Origin: Octopus vulgaris | Lineage: Eukaryota | NCBI GenBank assembly: GCA_951406725.2 | Contig: OX597824.1 | Coordinates: 34,720,001-34,784,000 of the forward strand | Direction: 5' to 3' | DNA length: 64,000 bases | In this document: positions 37,312-50,850 of the stretch, piece after piece | Position numbering within the stretch: the stretch's first letter is position 1 | Layout: every line of letters begins with the position of its first letter | Position numbers and translations under genes: made by a program | The notes under the pieces: generated by a model | Seen by the model: the letters and a program-made list of their open reading frames with translations, nothing else | The model's database searches: none | What the model was told of the DNA's origin: nothing

Positions 37312-40196
37312 TTTTGATCGCGGGCCGCACAGTGTGTCTTTAGAACCTTGGCGGGCCTCATTTATAAAAATCAAGTGAAAATATTTTTAAAGGCGGTTAT
37401 AGACCTATAAACACACAATTGATTGAAAGGAAATTTTGTGAAATATTCCTGGTTTAAGTGATTTAATTTATTTTTTAGAGTATCGGGTTCATGTTTTTCG
37501 GTTATTTGCTCCTATAGTTAAAATTATTACAGGAACCTCGGTTATTTTGGACAGTTCTATTTGCTTACAAATTGCCAGGAACGGAATTTTCCTAGTAAAA
37601 TCTGCACTAATTGTGGTCAACCACCTCTTAATATTATGGACCACCATGATGAATATTATACTTAAATTCTAGGATACCCAAAATAAAAGATTTTAAAGAG
37701 AAATAACAGTTTATTAATATGAATTGATATCTGAAATTAGAAACGTCACCTGAAGCATTTATTTGAAAAACAGAGTGGCTCTGTAAATAACAATGTCAAT
37801 GAGAATGATGCAGCTGACTACTGTCATTTACCAGTTTGTCAAAATTAGGTGTCAAGTTGCTTGTGCTGATTCTTAACACTGACTGAAGATTTGAGTCTGT
37901 GAGAAGTGATTGATTCTTCCCCTTGTTAATTTTCATGATGGAGAAAGTCTGCTGACATATGTAAGTTGATGCAAACAACACAAACATCTTTCTTGCAAAT
38001 TTTTTTAGATTTTGAAACTTTTTTGAATGTAGAGAAGCATAAAACCCTCGACCAGTGGTTTACTTTCAAACATCATCTTTAAAGAATTGTCGGCTTGCAA
38101 ATGAATCAGTTCTATCTGCAGTTCCTTGGTAGTTGTTTCAATGTCACAGGCAAGAGGTGAGTTAAGCAAATCGAACAGGCCTTCAACTGCCTTGAAATCA
38201 GCAAATCTTCTAATGAATTCCTTTTGTAAAGCCATCAACTGGGAACTGTACTTGTCCGATGATTCTTGTGTAACAGACTGTGTTTTCAGCAGAGGGAAGT
38301 GAATAAATTTTTGCTCATTCAGCTGCTTGGCAAAAAGTCCAAGCTTCCATTGAAAAGGTTTCACTTCCAGGTACATTTCATGAGCAAATATACCTTTGCC
38401 TTGCAGTTTTGTGTTAAGTTCATTCAGCTTCTGCATTATGTCCACAGCAAATGCAAAATCACAAACCCATTTGTCACTCTCCATTTCGTTTAAAAAGTCA
38501 CAGGAGATGTCTTGCATTTTGAGAAACATAAGAATCTCGGCTTTGAGGTCCCATACTCTCTTAAGAACTTTTCCAATGCTTAACCAGCGGACATGTGTAG
38601 TACAGCACATCAGTAAAATCAGCCTCCACATCCTCCAAGAAACTTCGGAATTGCCTGTGTTTCAATCCCCGTGATCTTATTAAATTCACTGCATGCACCA
38701 CAGGTTCGATGACATGTTTGAGTTTTAAAGATGACTTACAAAGGCTTTCTTGATGTATGATGCAGTGAAAAGACAACACACTGTGTAGTGGAAAATCTTC
38801 TTTGATTTTGTCATTCAACAACTTCACAAGGCCGGAATGTTTACCGGTGAGTGAAGGAGCTCCATCGGTTGTAATGCTGGCCAGTTTATTTAGGGTTAAT
38901 CCAGACCTGATTGAACTGTTAATGACACTGTTGAACAAATCTTTTCCAGTAGTAGTGTCTTTGAGAGACTCCATAGATAACAATTCCTCTGTAATTTCAA
39001 AGTTTTCGTCAATTCCTCTGATGTAAATGAGTAACTGAGCAGTATCCTGAATATCAGTACTCTCATCTAAAGCAATAGAAAACCACTGAAATCGACCACT
39101 GGCTGTTAACAGCTGTTCATGAATATTCACGGCAATTGCATCAATGCAACGAACAATAGTTCTTCGTGACAGGGAAATGGCTTCTACTTTTGACTTAACT
39201 CCAGGACACACAACGCTGACAGCATCAACCATACAATCTTTGATAAATTCTGCTTCTGCGAATGACTTGTTTTGCTTTGCAATTTTGTTGGCCAATATAA
39301 AACTTGCCTTTGTCGCATTCCTTTGTAAAGAGGAAGTTTTATCAAACACATTTTGCTGTTGCTTCAAACGTTTTGTCAGATCATTTGCTTTCTTTTGCAG
39401 TTCTTGTTTTGATAAATTGTGTCCAAAATTGACATGCTTCGTTTGAAAGTGGCGTTTCAAATTATATTCCTTGAACACAGCAACTGTTTCAGAACAAATC
39501 AAACATACAGCTTTCACTCCAACGTTGGTAAAGAAATACTTTTCAGTCCAATTTTCATTAAAAACACGATATTCCTCTTCAATTTTTCGCTTTTTAGATA
39601 GCTTCGAACAACTCATTTTGGGTAAATGTTATCAGACAACAAAAGCTAGTTTGAAACACTCATGTCTGTACTAAATTCAAATAATCGATAGAGTGAATGA
39701 TAACCAACCACAGCTCTGTGTCCAGAAAAAGCTGGTTCAAGCCCTTTTATTAACCTGGCCGGCTTCTTCATTGGAATGAAACGCATCGTCCATCATGCCC
39801 TCTTCACCATCTATCACGTGATTTATTTATTTGAATGTTTCAAGCATATCGATTGACTCGTTGTATTGCCACAATACTTGTTTCATTGTTCTATTAATTT
39901 TTGAGTTTGTAGGGTCTGACGAGAAAACACAGAAAAGATATCTTCACCCGGAAATGTATTTTATTATGATGTCATAGGAATATTTCTCAAAATTTTTCAT
40001 CGCTTCACAGTAGCTGAAACAAACAAACAGCAGACAATTTTGTGAAGGTGCGAAACAGTGAACTGAAATAAAATGCAAACTATTGTGAATTACCGTACAA
40101 CTGAAACAGTTACGAAGTATCTGCATAGAAGTTGGGATCCATAAAAGCTATCGGCGGGCCGCATGCAGCCCGCGGGCCGTAGTTTGCCCACCCCTG
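37312..40196 (-). mobile_element. hAT transposon of the SPIN/GTF2IRD2/Charlie group with near-complete transposase (39616-37796, frameshifted)
   Basis: BED finger CLIC...RHFQTKH, DESTD, TTDGAP, CIIHQE, VRWLS and FASTYICQQTFS. TIR cagggtgggcaaactacggcccgcggg at 40196, followed by ttctaagg. The other TIR is eroded. Confidence 0.92.
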
Positions 40197-40910
40197 TTCT
40201 AAGGTCTAGTCACTGACCACAGAGCTACTCATCCATGTTCCAGTTTCAGGGACACAAACAGTGATGATATCAGTTAAGCTACACACACCAAGCAGAATTC
40301 TTAGCAACATTTGATCCATTTTTACATGCTCTCTTCAAATTCTGCTGAGGTCAACTTTGTCTGTCATCCTTTTGGGGTTAATAAAATAAGTACCAGTTAA
40401 GCACAACTCACCTCTCCACCCAAATCATTGGTCTTGTGCCAAAATTCAAAACTAATATTACATTAACATGATTTTTTTCAATTATTTACCTAAATACAAC
40501 AGTTCTTTTAAATTTAAGAATGATTGATTAATGTTTTGTAAAAAAATCTTTTATAATAATATTTGTCTTTCTATTTTGATAGCATTTATTTTAAATACTC
40601 ATTCATTTTCACTGCAATCTATATTCTTCTATTTTTCTGAAGATGAACTTGTGACACATGGTGAAGTCTATTAATTCTCAATTTTGATATTTTCCTTGAG
40701 ATTATGGACAGAAACATATCTGAATTTATAAGAAGAGAAATTCCTTAGAAAATGTTTAAGGTGGGAATTGTTTCAATTTCTTTTCATTCATTAAATTTTT
40801 GTTTGTTTTCTATTTAGTTGATGTTTTTAAATAGACTTTGGTTTTTAAGTAGATATTTTTGTTTTAATTAGTTTTCTTTTTCTTTTTTTTGTTAATTATA
40901 TTTTTGTTGG

Positions 40911-41700
40911 AGGTGCAGAGATGGCTCTGTAGGTAAGAAGTTTGCTTCCCAACCACATGGTTCTGAGTTCAGTCCCACAGCATGGCACCTTGGGCAAGTG
41001 TCTTCTACTGTAGCCCCAGGCTGTCCACAGCCTTCTGAATGGATTTGCTAGAGGAAAACTGAAAGAAGCCTTTCTCTCTTTACTCTTTTACTTTTTTCAG
41101 TCATTTGACTGTGGCCATGCTGGAGCACCGCCTTTAGTTGAGGAAATCGACCCCAGGACTTATTCTTTGTCAGCCTAGTACTCATTCTATCGGTCTCTTT
41201 TGCCGAACCACTAAGTTACGGGGATGTAAACACACCAGCATCGGTTGTCAAGCGATGTTTGGGAGGACAAACACAGACACACAAACATACACACACAAAC
41301 ATACACACACACATACATATATACGATGGGCTTCTTTCAGTTTCTGTCTACCAAATCCACTCACAAGGCTTTGGTCAGCCTGAGGCTATAGGCGAAGGCA
41401 CTTGCCCAAGGTCTCACGCAGTGGAACTGAATCTGGAACCATGTGGTTGGTAAGCAAGCTACTTACCACACAGCCACTCTTGTGCCTGTAACCATTCACA
41501 CAACAACAATCCAATACTCCAACACAGAATCAATGAGACTAACCACACATCTATCTATATGTATGTTATATATGACAGGCTTCCACACAGTTTCCGTCTA
41601 CTTTGGTTACTTGAAGCTATAACAGAAGACACTTGCCCAAGGTGTCATGCATTGGAACTGAACCTGGAACAATGTGGTTGCAAAGAGAACTTACTGGTGA
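40911..41700. mobile_element. Cluster of tRNA-derived SINEs (one + head at 40911-41070; - copies at 41080-41490 and 41570-41700)
   Basis: Same family head and tail sequences as 1073-1479. Confidence 0.8.
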
Positions 41701-42697
41701 CACCATGTATTTTGTATAATGGTGATGCTTGTTTACAACCATCACGTGATATAGAAGACCATACAGAGAAAGAAAGCGGGACTGAGGTTGTTTTGTCCTC
41801 AACTAAAAACTAGAAGAGAGGCTAAGTGATGCCCCTAAAATATTTGCAGGTACAGGTTACTTTATGGATATTTTTATGGTACAGGATACATGAAAGATGA
41901 AGGTCCAATTTGACTCCAGTACTTATCCTCTTTGTAAGCCTGATACTTACTGAACTATAAATACACACAAACACATATCCGAAACAGCTGTAAGCCTATA
42001 ATAAATAAATAAATCTATTATTTCTGTTCATTTCATATATACAGGACGTGCCTTAAAGAATTCACGGTTATTTAAATAAATTTATTTTACTAAATTTTCC
42101 TTTCAAGCATTGGGCCTTATGGAAGTAAAGTGGCTGAGCTCCTGGGCTACATGGAGGCAAAGTGGCTGAGCTTTGGCCTCATGGAGGCAATGGCCATTTG
42201 GCATTATGCTGTGCTTGAAAAGATCCATGAAGTCGAGCAAAATTGCAGTCATTAGCAGATACCGGTGCCAGCCCAGTCAAACCGTTAAACCCATGCCAGC
42301 ATGGGCAAAGGATGTTAAATAATGATGATTGGTGCTATAAACATTTTTTGATGCATTTATTTTTGTAAATATTAAGATATTGATTCATATAAAATAAATA
42401 TACATTTATATCTTTATAAAATTTATTATCATCATACAGGTTTTGAAATCATTAAATATGTTTCTGTTTTTTAATATTCCATGTTGAAAGCAAGATGGAT
42501 TCGTGGTATTAATTGCTAAAACTAATTAGATTCACATTTTTCTTCATACACAAACAATATATGTAGGGAAGTTAGATTTGGCTATGAACAGGTATGAACT
42601 TAATTGTTTGGAAAAAATTATGCATAACAACAGAGCTACATTTATGTTTGCTATCATCCTATGGAAATGTATTTCATTGATATTCATTGAGCATTTA

Positions 42698-43550
42698 GGA
42701 TCTTTGTGGCTTTCGTTACTGTTTACAATTATTTAAAAAAATATTTTTAATGTATCATATAGATGTAATTTTTGACACTGAATCCAAATTTGTTGTTCAT
42801 TTATTTCAGAAAAATTTTGCGAAAATGTTACAGGTGTTCAAAGTTTGATAATTTTCAGAATTTTCAGCCAATCAGAAAACAACAGTGGAAAACATTAAAA
42901 GATTTGTGAGCAAATTAAATATTTAAAACCTGTGAATAAACCAACAGGAGTTGCTAGAAATAACAGTCAAAGCATTAAAATATACACAAGCAAAGTAAAC
43001 AGTGCAAAACATTGAATCATTTGCAAGCAAATTAAATATTTAGAAGCTATGAGCAAACCAACAGGAGTTGCTAGGAATAGCAGTCAAAACATTGTTTAAA
43101 ACAGGCATTTATTAGTTTAAAAACTCAACTACGATAGTTTGTATTACACTCTAGGATTTTATAAAATAAATTATCTTTCTCATATTTCCTTCTCAACATA
43201 AATTCACAAAGAGTCAACCATGGAACAGTGTGTTCCACACTGACATTTGTTCCCATGTTTTAAAGATGCCCAGGTACTCTCAATTTGTTGGTCATACTCC
43301 TTGTGCACTTTCTCAGCATCTTTGGTTGTTATGGAGACAGATTTTTGCTACGGTGATGTGTAAATACTCGCTTCTGATTGGCTAAAATACCCAAATTTTG
43401 CAAATTTTAAAGGCTAATAACTTTTTAATTATTGATTTAATGGGAAAATAAATTTCGTTTTCATAATTAGTATACAAAACTTAATATATATACCAAATTT
43501 GAAAACAACTGGAACAAAATTGTAAACAGTGATGAAAACCACAAAGATCC
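42698..43550. mobile_element. Non-autonomous DNA transposon (MITE) with ~33-bp TIRs
   Basis: ggatctttgtggctttcgttactgtttacaatt / aattgtaaacagtgatgaaaaccacaaagatcc. Flanks agcattta / aacattta resemble an 8-bp TSD. Confidence 0.7.
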
Positions 43551-44152
43551 AACATTTATTTTTATGAATTGGTTAGATTTTATATTTTCAGATATATGAA
43601 TAATTAAAATTTTTTCATTACACATTGTTAATTACATACTTTTCATCATACATATATTTTACTTGTAAACCATTTCCAGAAGACACTTAAGCTTGTAATC
43701 TTTAAGAGGTTTACATTTTTATACTTTTACCATTGTTATTCATTTTCACATATCACTGGAAATGAAATTATCATTAGCAATAAAGTTATCTCATTATATA
43801 ATGAAATATGACTTACGTCTCAGTTTCTTTCTCTTCTTCCCTTTTCTGTTTTCAAGCCTAGAATATCATCTTATTGAATTTCACCTAATTATATAACTTA
43901 ATTTTACATACAATAAAATGCACTGTGTCTCATTGGTCACACTAGGATAAAGACAGTAAAACAACAGATTGGTAGTTCGTGATACTCACAAACATGAACG
44001 GCAGGCCAACTGCATTCAGATGATATGCTCTGAAGATGCAGGTCATTTAATCCAAATAAAACTGCAAATTTTGAATGGATATTGCATTTAGTTTATCAGT
44101 TTCACATATACACACACAAATATATCTTTATACACACACACACACACACACA

Positions 44153-45414
44153 GAGATATGCAGGAAATAAATAGACAGCTTCAAATTTCAAAATCTTTTA
44201 TTTCATAGGCAAAGCAAACAATTGAAATATAATCGATAGGTAGGACTCAATACTTTAGTATTTAGTTGACATTCCCTTTGCAGTTTTTAATTCAAAAACT
44301 CTTTTCGGCATTGAACTGATGAACTTTGTGATTGTCTCCTGTGGAATTTCTGCCAACTTTTCATGCAACAATCAAAACAATTCATCTTTAGATTTAGGTT
44401 TCTGTCGAGGTTTTCATATAGCTCTATCTAGTATATTCAAAGATTTTCAATTGGGTTCATGTCAGGAGATTGGCTCGGCCAAGGAAGCTTTTTGATCCCA
44501 TTTTCAGTCAGCCATTGTTGATTCCTTTTAACTGTGTGGCATGGAGCCCCATCTTCCATGAATAAAAACTCATTTTTTGTTATGTTATTGTGTGAATACA
44601 TCGGAAGTAGTCCTTGCTTAAATATTTCGGTGTATTTTTCAGAGTTTATGGTTCCAAACACATTTGATCAGCTCAGAATGACCACTGCTGGTGACAGCTC
44701 CCCATACCATTACAGAGATACCTCCATGTTTCACAGTTGGTTGGAGTTGTTTCAAATCAAATTCTTGATTGGGAAGCCTCTAGACACAAACATGTCCACT
44801 GTCTGAAAATAATGCAAATCTGGATTCATCTGAGAAAATCACTCTATCCCAAAATGAACTGGATTTTTCTGACATCCCCTTAAGCCATTTCTTTCTTTTC
44901 ATGATATTAATTGGTTGAAGGAGAGGTTTTCATCTAGCTGCTCATCAATAATACCCAAGCTTATGCAGATATGTAACACACGTTCTTGGACTAACTTGCA
45001 ATGTCAGAAGCCTTCGAAAGGGGTTCGTTTCCCACCTTTCTCTTCAAACAGTGAAGCTTCCTTTCCAAGGGCCTAGGTCAGCCAGGACGAGAATCTGTTG
45101 ATTCTTTTCCTTGGCTTTTGAATTGCACTATAATTCTATTAACAGTAGCAAGAGGAATTTGAAGATTTTTGGCAATTTTTTGCTGGCTAAGACCAACCTC
45201 AGATTGCCCAACAATATGATCTCTTTGAAAATCTGACAGTTCTGCTGAATTTTTTGTGCATGGCATAGTTACTCTTCGCAAATGTTTAATATAATGGCAC
45301 CTGGAATGCAAAAAAATAATTACATTGTAAATTCTACACTGCTGAAAACATATTAAAACACTTAGATCAGAAATTTAGAAAATTAAAGGTGTCTATTTAC
45401 TTCCTGCATGTCTG
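44153..45414 (-). mobile_element. Decayed Tc1/mariner transposon
   Basis: FSDESRF, EDGAPCH and WPSQSPDMNPIEN motifs plus an HTH fragment (45078-45311). TIRs gagatatgcaggaaataaatagacagc / ggtgtctatttacttcctgcatgtctg|ta. Confidence 0.9.
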
Positions 45415-45529
45415 TATATATATATATGAAATCAAATATTAAACACTTTTGTTTTCAAAATATCATCCTTCCATTAACATGTAAATGTTCTGGACCTCCG
45501 CTACCAGTTAAGCACTGCTCAGGAATCAC

Positions 45530-46285
45530 AACACCAGTACGTTGGACCAAATGGAGTAACGATCCCAGAATTAAATATGGTGTGTGATCTTGGAGTAGAA
45601 ATAAGCAACAATGCCTCATTTCACACACATATCAACAAAATGGTAGCAGTATCCAGAACACTATGATGACACTATGGAAGTCATTTATCCTCAGCCAACT
45701 GGACTACTGCTCTCAGCTATGGTCACCTTAAAATACAAGGACGATAGCAGAGCTTGAAGCAGTCCAACAACATTACACAAAGAAAATAGCATCAATGGAA
45801 CGACTGAGCTACTGGGACACATTGAAAGAGCTATGACTCTATTCCCCGGAACGAAGGCAGGAGAGGTATGCAGTGATATATATATGGAAGATACTGGAAG
45901 GACTGGTACCAAACTTTGGAATAAAAAGCTATACCAGACCACAAACAGGACATTACTGTGCTCTCTCCACTGTGCCGACTGCTTCATCTCAGGCAACGAC
46001 GATTTACTGCAATAGCTTGGGTTTCAAGTGTCCACAGTTGTTTAACTGTCTGCCGAAGCATCTGAGGAGCCTCCATGGAGTGGATGTTGATGTTTTCAAA
46101 TGTGAACTTGACCTCTGGCTCACCGAGATCCCAGATGAGCCAATATCTAAGCAAGAAACACAAAAGAGGGCAGTAGCATCGAACTCCATCCTTCACCAGA
46201 AGCTGCTCTGACAAAGGTGGATTGTGGAAAGATGATCACAATGGCAGTACTCCAGCATGGTCCCAGTCATTGGACTGAAACATAT
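45530..46285 (+). mobile_element. CR1/L2-like LINE 3' fragment (older subfamily)
   Basis: LDYCSQLWSP and IYIWKILEGLVPNFGI. Confidence 0.85.
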
Positions 46286-46376
46286 AAAAGAATATGTATA
46301 TATGTATATATATATTTGTATATATATATGTATGTGTATATATATTTGTATATATATATATATATATGTATATATT

Positions 46377-46431
<55 letters not shown>

Positions 46432-46460
46432 ATATATGTTTGTATATATATGTACATATA

Positions 46461-49440
46461 AGGCAACTTGATGTAGTTGTGTGTGCTACATATCGCCCTC
46501 CAGATGCCCCAAGCCATGTGGGCAAGTTTGAAGACTGCCTTATAAAAATAGAAGAAGTTCTAATCACATTAGAACAACACATAAGTGTACTTCTTATGGG
46601 AGACTTCAATCTACCCAATGTCAGATGGCCCGAGGGCCTTTCTCTCCCAGGAATGACAAGATGTGAACGAGGACAGGCGAGGTCCCTCCTGAACCTCATC
46701 AACACCCTGTACATGGAGCAAGTAATACTCCAACCAACCAGGGCAGGTAACACACTGGATCTCNNNNNNNNNNNNNNNNNNNNNNNNNNNNNNNNNNNNN
46801 NNNNNNNNNNNNNNNNNNNNNNNNNNNNNNNNNNNNNNNNNNNNNNNNNNNNNNNNNNNNNNNATGGCCCGAGGGCCTTTCTCTCCCAGGAATGACAAGA
46901 TGTGAACGAGGACAGGCGAGGTCCCTCCTGAACCTCATCAACACCCTGTACATGGAGCAAGTAATACTCCAACCAACCAGGGCAGGTAACACACTGGATC
47001 TCTGCTTCACAAATGACATGGATCTCATCCGTAATGTGAAAGTGACACTGACACTACTCTCGGATCACAACATGGTAGAGCTGACCATGTACGGGCCAAA
47101 AGAGAGCACAGACATGCAGCCTACAAGAAACCCTCAGAATCTTTCCAGCTTGAACTACCATAAGGCAAACTGGAAACAAATTGAGAAAGAGATCCTCAAA
47201 CAAAACTGGCCTAAATGTCTCTCCTCGCCAGACATCGATGTGAAACTTCGACAATTCATGTCTGTAATGCAAGCCATATGCTACAAATGTGTCCCAGAGA
47301 GAAAGGCCACTGTACACAAGAACAAAATCCCCAGAGAGAGGAAAATTTTAATGAGACGGCGTACAAAAATTTCAAATCGTTTAAACAAACAGATTGAAAG
47401 CAGTGAAAAGTCCCGCCTGAAAATAAAACTGTTGGAAATTGAAAAATGTCTGCAACTCTCCCATGAAAAGGAAAGAGCAGACAAAGAAGCCTGGGCTATA
47501 GACAACATAAAATCTAACCCCAGAGCTTTCTACAGGTATGCCAAAGAAACAGCTACGGTGCACTGTAGAATAGGGCCACTCCTTGAAAAGGATGGCACAC
47601 TTACAGGAAAACCAATGAGGGTAAGTGAAATACTGAATGAGCAATTCAAGAGTGTTTTCACTCCACCCCATGGGCATCTCCAAATCACCAATCCAACTGA
47701 CTTCTTTACCACTGCAGATATAAAATCAGAGGCGGCAACGATAGATTACATCGATATAAAGGAAGACGATGTAATAAAGGCTATAGATGAAATGAAAACA
47801 GACTCAGCTACTGGCCCCGATGGATTCCCGGCAATCCTCCTAAAAGCATGTAAGAGAGTCCTAGCAAGACCACTGCAGTTCCTCTTTCAGAGCTTCCTTG
47901 CAGCTGGCAAACTTCCAAGAAAACTGAAGGAAGGTAAAATATGCCCCATTCATAAAGGAGGTAGCAGAGCGGAGGCCAAGAACTACAGACCTATCTCTCT
48001 GACCTCACATCAGCAAGGTCATGGAACGAATAGTCAGAAGGAAACTGATCACCTTCCTTGAAGAATATGACTTGCTGCCCGACACCCAACATGGTTTCCG
48101 ACCAGGGAGAAGCTGTTTAACTCAGCTCCTACAACACTATGACTGGGTGCTGAAACGGCTGCTCAACCACTCAAATGTGGAAGTGATATATCTCGACTTT
48201 GCAAAGGCCTTTGATAAAGTCGATCATGGAATGATATGTCACAAACTGCGTGATCTCAACATAGTTGGAAAACTGGGAGAATGGCTTCATGACTTTCTGA
48301 AAGATAGAAGTCAGGTGGTAGTAGCCAATGGGGCCACTTCCATTAACACGCAAATAGTGAGCGGTGTTCCGCAGGGCACTGTTCTGGGACCACTACTGTT
48401 CATAATGGCCCTCTCAGACATGCCCTCAGCCACACAGAGAGCCACGATCACAAGTTATGTAGATGATACAAAAGTTTCACAGGCAATACAGAACCCTGAG
48501 GACACTAAACGCCTGCAATGTGAGCTGGACAAAATATACAAGTGGGCTGAAAAGAATAGCATGCAGTTCAATGCTGAAAAGTTTCAAGCTTTATACTATC
48601 AGCATGCAAAACTAAATGCAATACCCAATGAATACACTGGACCTGGAGGAATGGCGGTCCCAGAGGCACAATCAGTGCATGACCTGGGTATTTACATGAG
48701 TGATGACGCAACCTTTCATGTACATGTTGCTAAATTGGCAATGAAATGTAGACGACTGGCCGGATGGATTCTTAGAACCTTTAGAACAAGAGAACAAGAA
48801 ACCATGATGGTCCTCTGGAGGACACTTGTCCTAAGCCACTTTGACTATTGCTCTCAGTTATGGTCACCATCCAGTGTCAAGTTGATCACAGAGCTCGAAG
48901 CGATCCAGCGTAGCTACACGAAGAAGATAGCCTCTATGCAGAATGTAAGCTACTGGGAAAGACTCAAGAGATTAAAACTATATTCCTTGGAGCGTAGGCG
49001 GGAAAGATATGCCATAATATACATCTGGAAGATCCTGGAGGGACGTGTCCCAAACTTTGGCATTGAGAGTTACACAAATGCCAGAACTGGGCGCCACTGC
49101 GTGGTGCCTAGGACTCCAAATTTGCCATCAAGATGTAGGACAAGATACTGTGATAGCCTGGGCTTCTGAGGCCCACAGCTCTTCAATATCCTCCCGAAGA
49201 ACCTGAGAGACCTGCATGGGGTGGATGCAGATGTCTTTAAAATGAAACTGGATCTCTTCCTGTCAGGTGTCCAAGATGAGCCAACTTCACAGCAGGAGGT
49301 GCAGATGAGGGCAGCTGCATCGAACTCTCTCATGCACCAAATGGTAGTTGCTAAAAAGCGTTCGTGAAGTAAAGCCAAGTAGCAACACCAAATGGCAGTG
49401 CCCCAGCATGGCCACAGCTCATGAGCTGAAACTAGAATCA
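46461..49440 (+). mobile_element. Young CR1/L2-like LINE ORF2 (APE endonuclease + RT), 5'-truncated
   Basis: YRPP, GDFNLP, LDL and SDH (endonuclease); YLDFAKAFD, GVPQGTVLGP and YVDD (RT). One frameshift near 48010 and a stop at 49167. Confidence 0.93.
46764..46863. other. Assembly gap (100 N) flanked by a duplicated ~140-bp overlap
   Basis: atggcccgaggg...actggatctc appears both before and after the N-run. Confidence 0.95.
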
Positions 49441-49468
49441 ATCAATCATATATATGTATATATATGTT

Positions 49469-49503
<35 letters not shown>

Positions 49504-49629
49504 ATATATATGTTTGTATATATATATATATGTATATATATGTTTGTATATTTATATATGTATATGTATGTATGTATATATATATGTATATATATATATG
49601 TATGTTTATATATATTCATATGTATATAT

Positions 49630-50850
49630 AAATTAGAGAAAAACCACTATTATGCAATTCAAAACATGATAGACATAAACCAAATCATAAATAAAAGATA
49701 AAATATATTTTAAAACATATAACTAGATCACAAAAAGTACAAAAATGAATAAACAATATATAATAAGTAAAAAGACTACATATGTTTCATGGCTATAATT
49801 AAAATTTGAATTACAATTAAATTTAAATTTAATCAAAAAACAATTCAATTTAAAATTATAATCACTCCTCGGGTCAACAATAATAACAATAATAATTAAA
49901 TAAATAAGCAAATAGAATTAAACAATATTTCATAACATTATGATTGTTCTTATAGAAGAAACTCCCTTAACTAAATTTGAAAGTTAAAACATTAGGACCA
50001 GGTGTCTATAATACATTTATCATATTAAATATTTAAGGTAAAAAAATAGAGAAAATAGATAGAAAAATGTATTTATCTGTGAAGATATAATTTAGCTTTA
50101 ATAAAAAATATTAATAAACTATATAATATATGTTTAACCTAGCTATACTCTAATATTTAATTACCAAACTATTTTACAAAACAATCACACTTAATATTTT
50201 TAGATTTTAGTTCACATATTATAATTATAAAATTTTAAAAATTATAAAATTTTATAAAAGTACGTATCTAAATTATAATCAACAAATATAGCAATTAGAA
50301 ATCCATATTTTTTCAATCAATAAACATAAATAAATAAATAAATTACTCCATTATTTCTTAAATAAATATTATAGATATCATTCCGAAAATATATATGAAA
50401 TAAAAAATAAAAAATACCAAAACTAAAAACGTATAACTTATCATTTATAAAATTATTTGCAAAAAAAGTACTTATTATTATTATTATTATTATTGTTATT
50501 ATTATTATTATTAAATTTAATAATACTAGAAATATAATAAAAACCTCTAGTTATACTAAAGCATTTTTACAATCTAAATCACAAAGTGACAAACTAATAT
50601 TTTACAATTTACGTCCAGATATAATAATTATAAAATAATAATAATTAAATAAATGTAAGTTTCTAAATTATTGTTAACAAATAAAAAATTAGTAATTCAT
50701 ATTTGTCAATCAATACTTATAAAGAGTACATTATTATTTCTTAACGTTTCGAGTGGAGCTCTTCGTCAGAAACATAGGAAAAGGAAAGATCCAGAGAAGG
50801 GAAGACGGAGGAAAAAAAAATCGCCAACGGTACACATGTGGTCACATATA
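49630..50850 (-). mobile_element. AT-rich Penelope-like non-coding repeat(s) with degenerate hammerheads
   Basis: Minus strand gac-CCGAGGA...GAAA-catatg-ta-gtc (49774-49875) and CTGACGA-a-gag..ctc-GAAA-cgtt (50741-50773). Confidence 0.5.

Noticed and set aside
39918-39940. CTGACGA...GAAA hammerhead-like core in the hAT element
   Set aside because: No pairing for stems I, II or III; chance match.
46625-47003. Apparent 140-bp direct repeat within the LINE
   Set aside because: Identical sequence on both sides of a 100-N gap indicates an unmerged contig overlap.
49630-50740. Possible NUMT (very AT-rich, mitochondrial-looking)
   Set aside because: No recognisable mitochondrial protein, tRNA or rRNA motif; hammerhead-like remnants point to a Penelope-like repeat instead. 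A BLASTN against the mitogenome would settle it.
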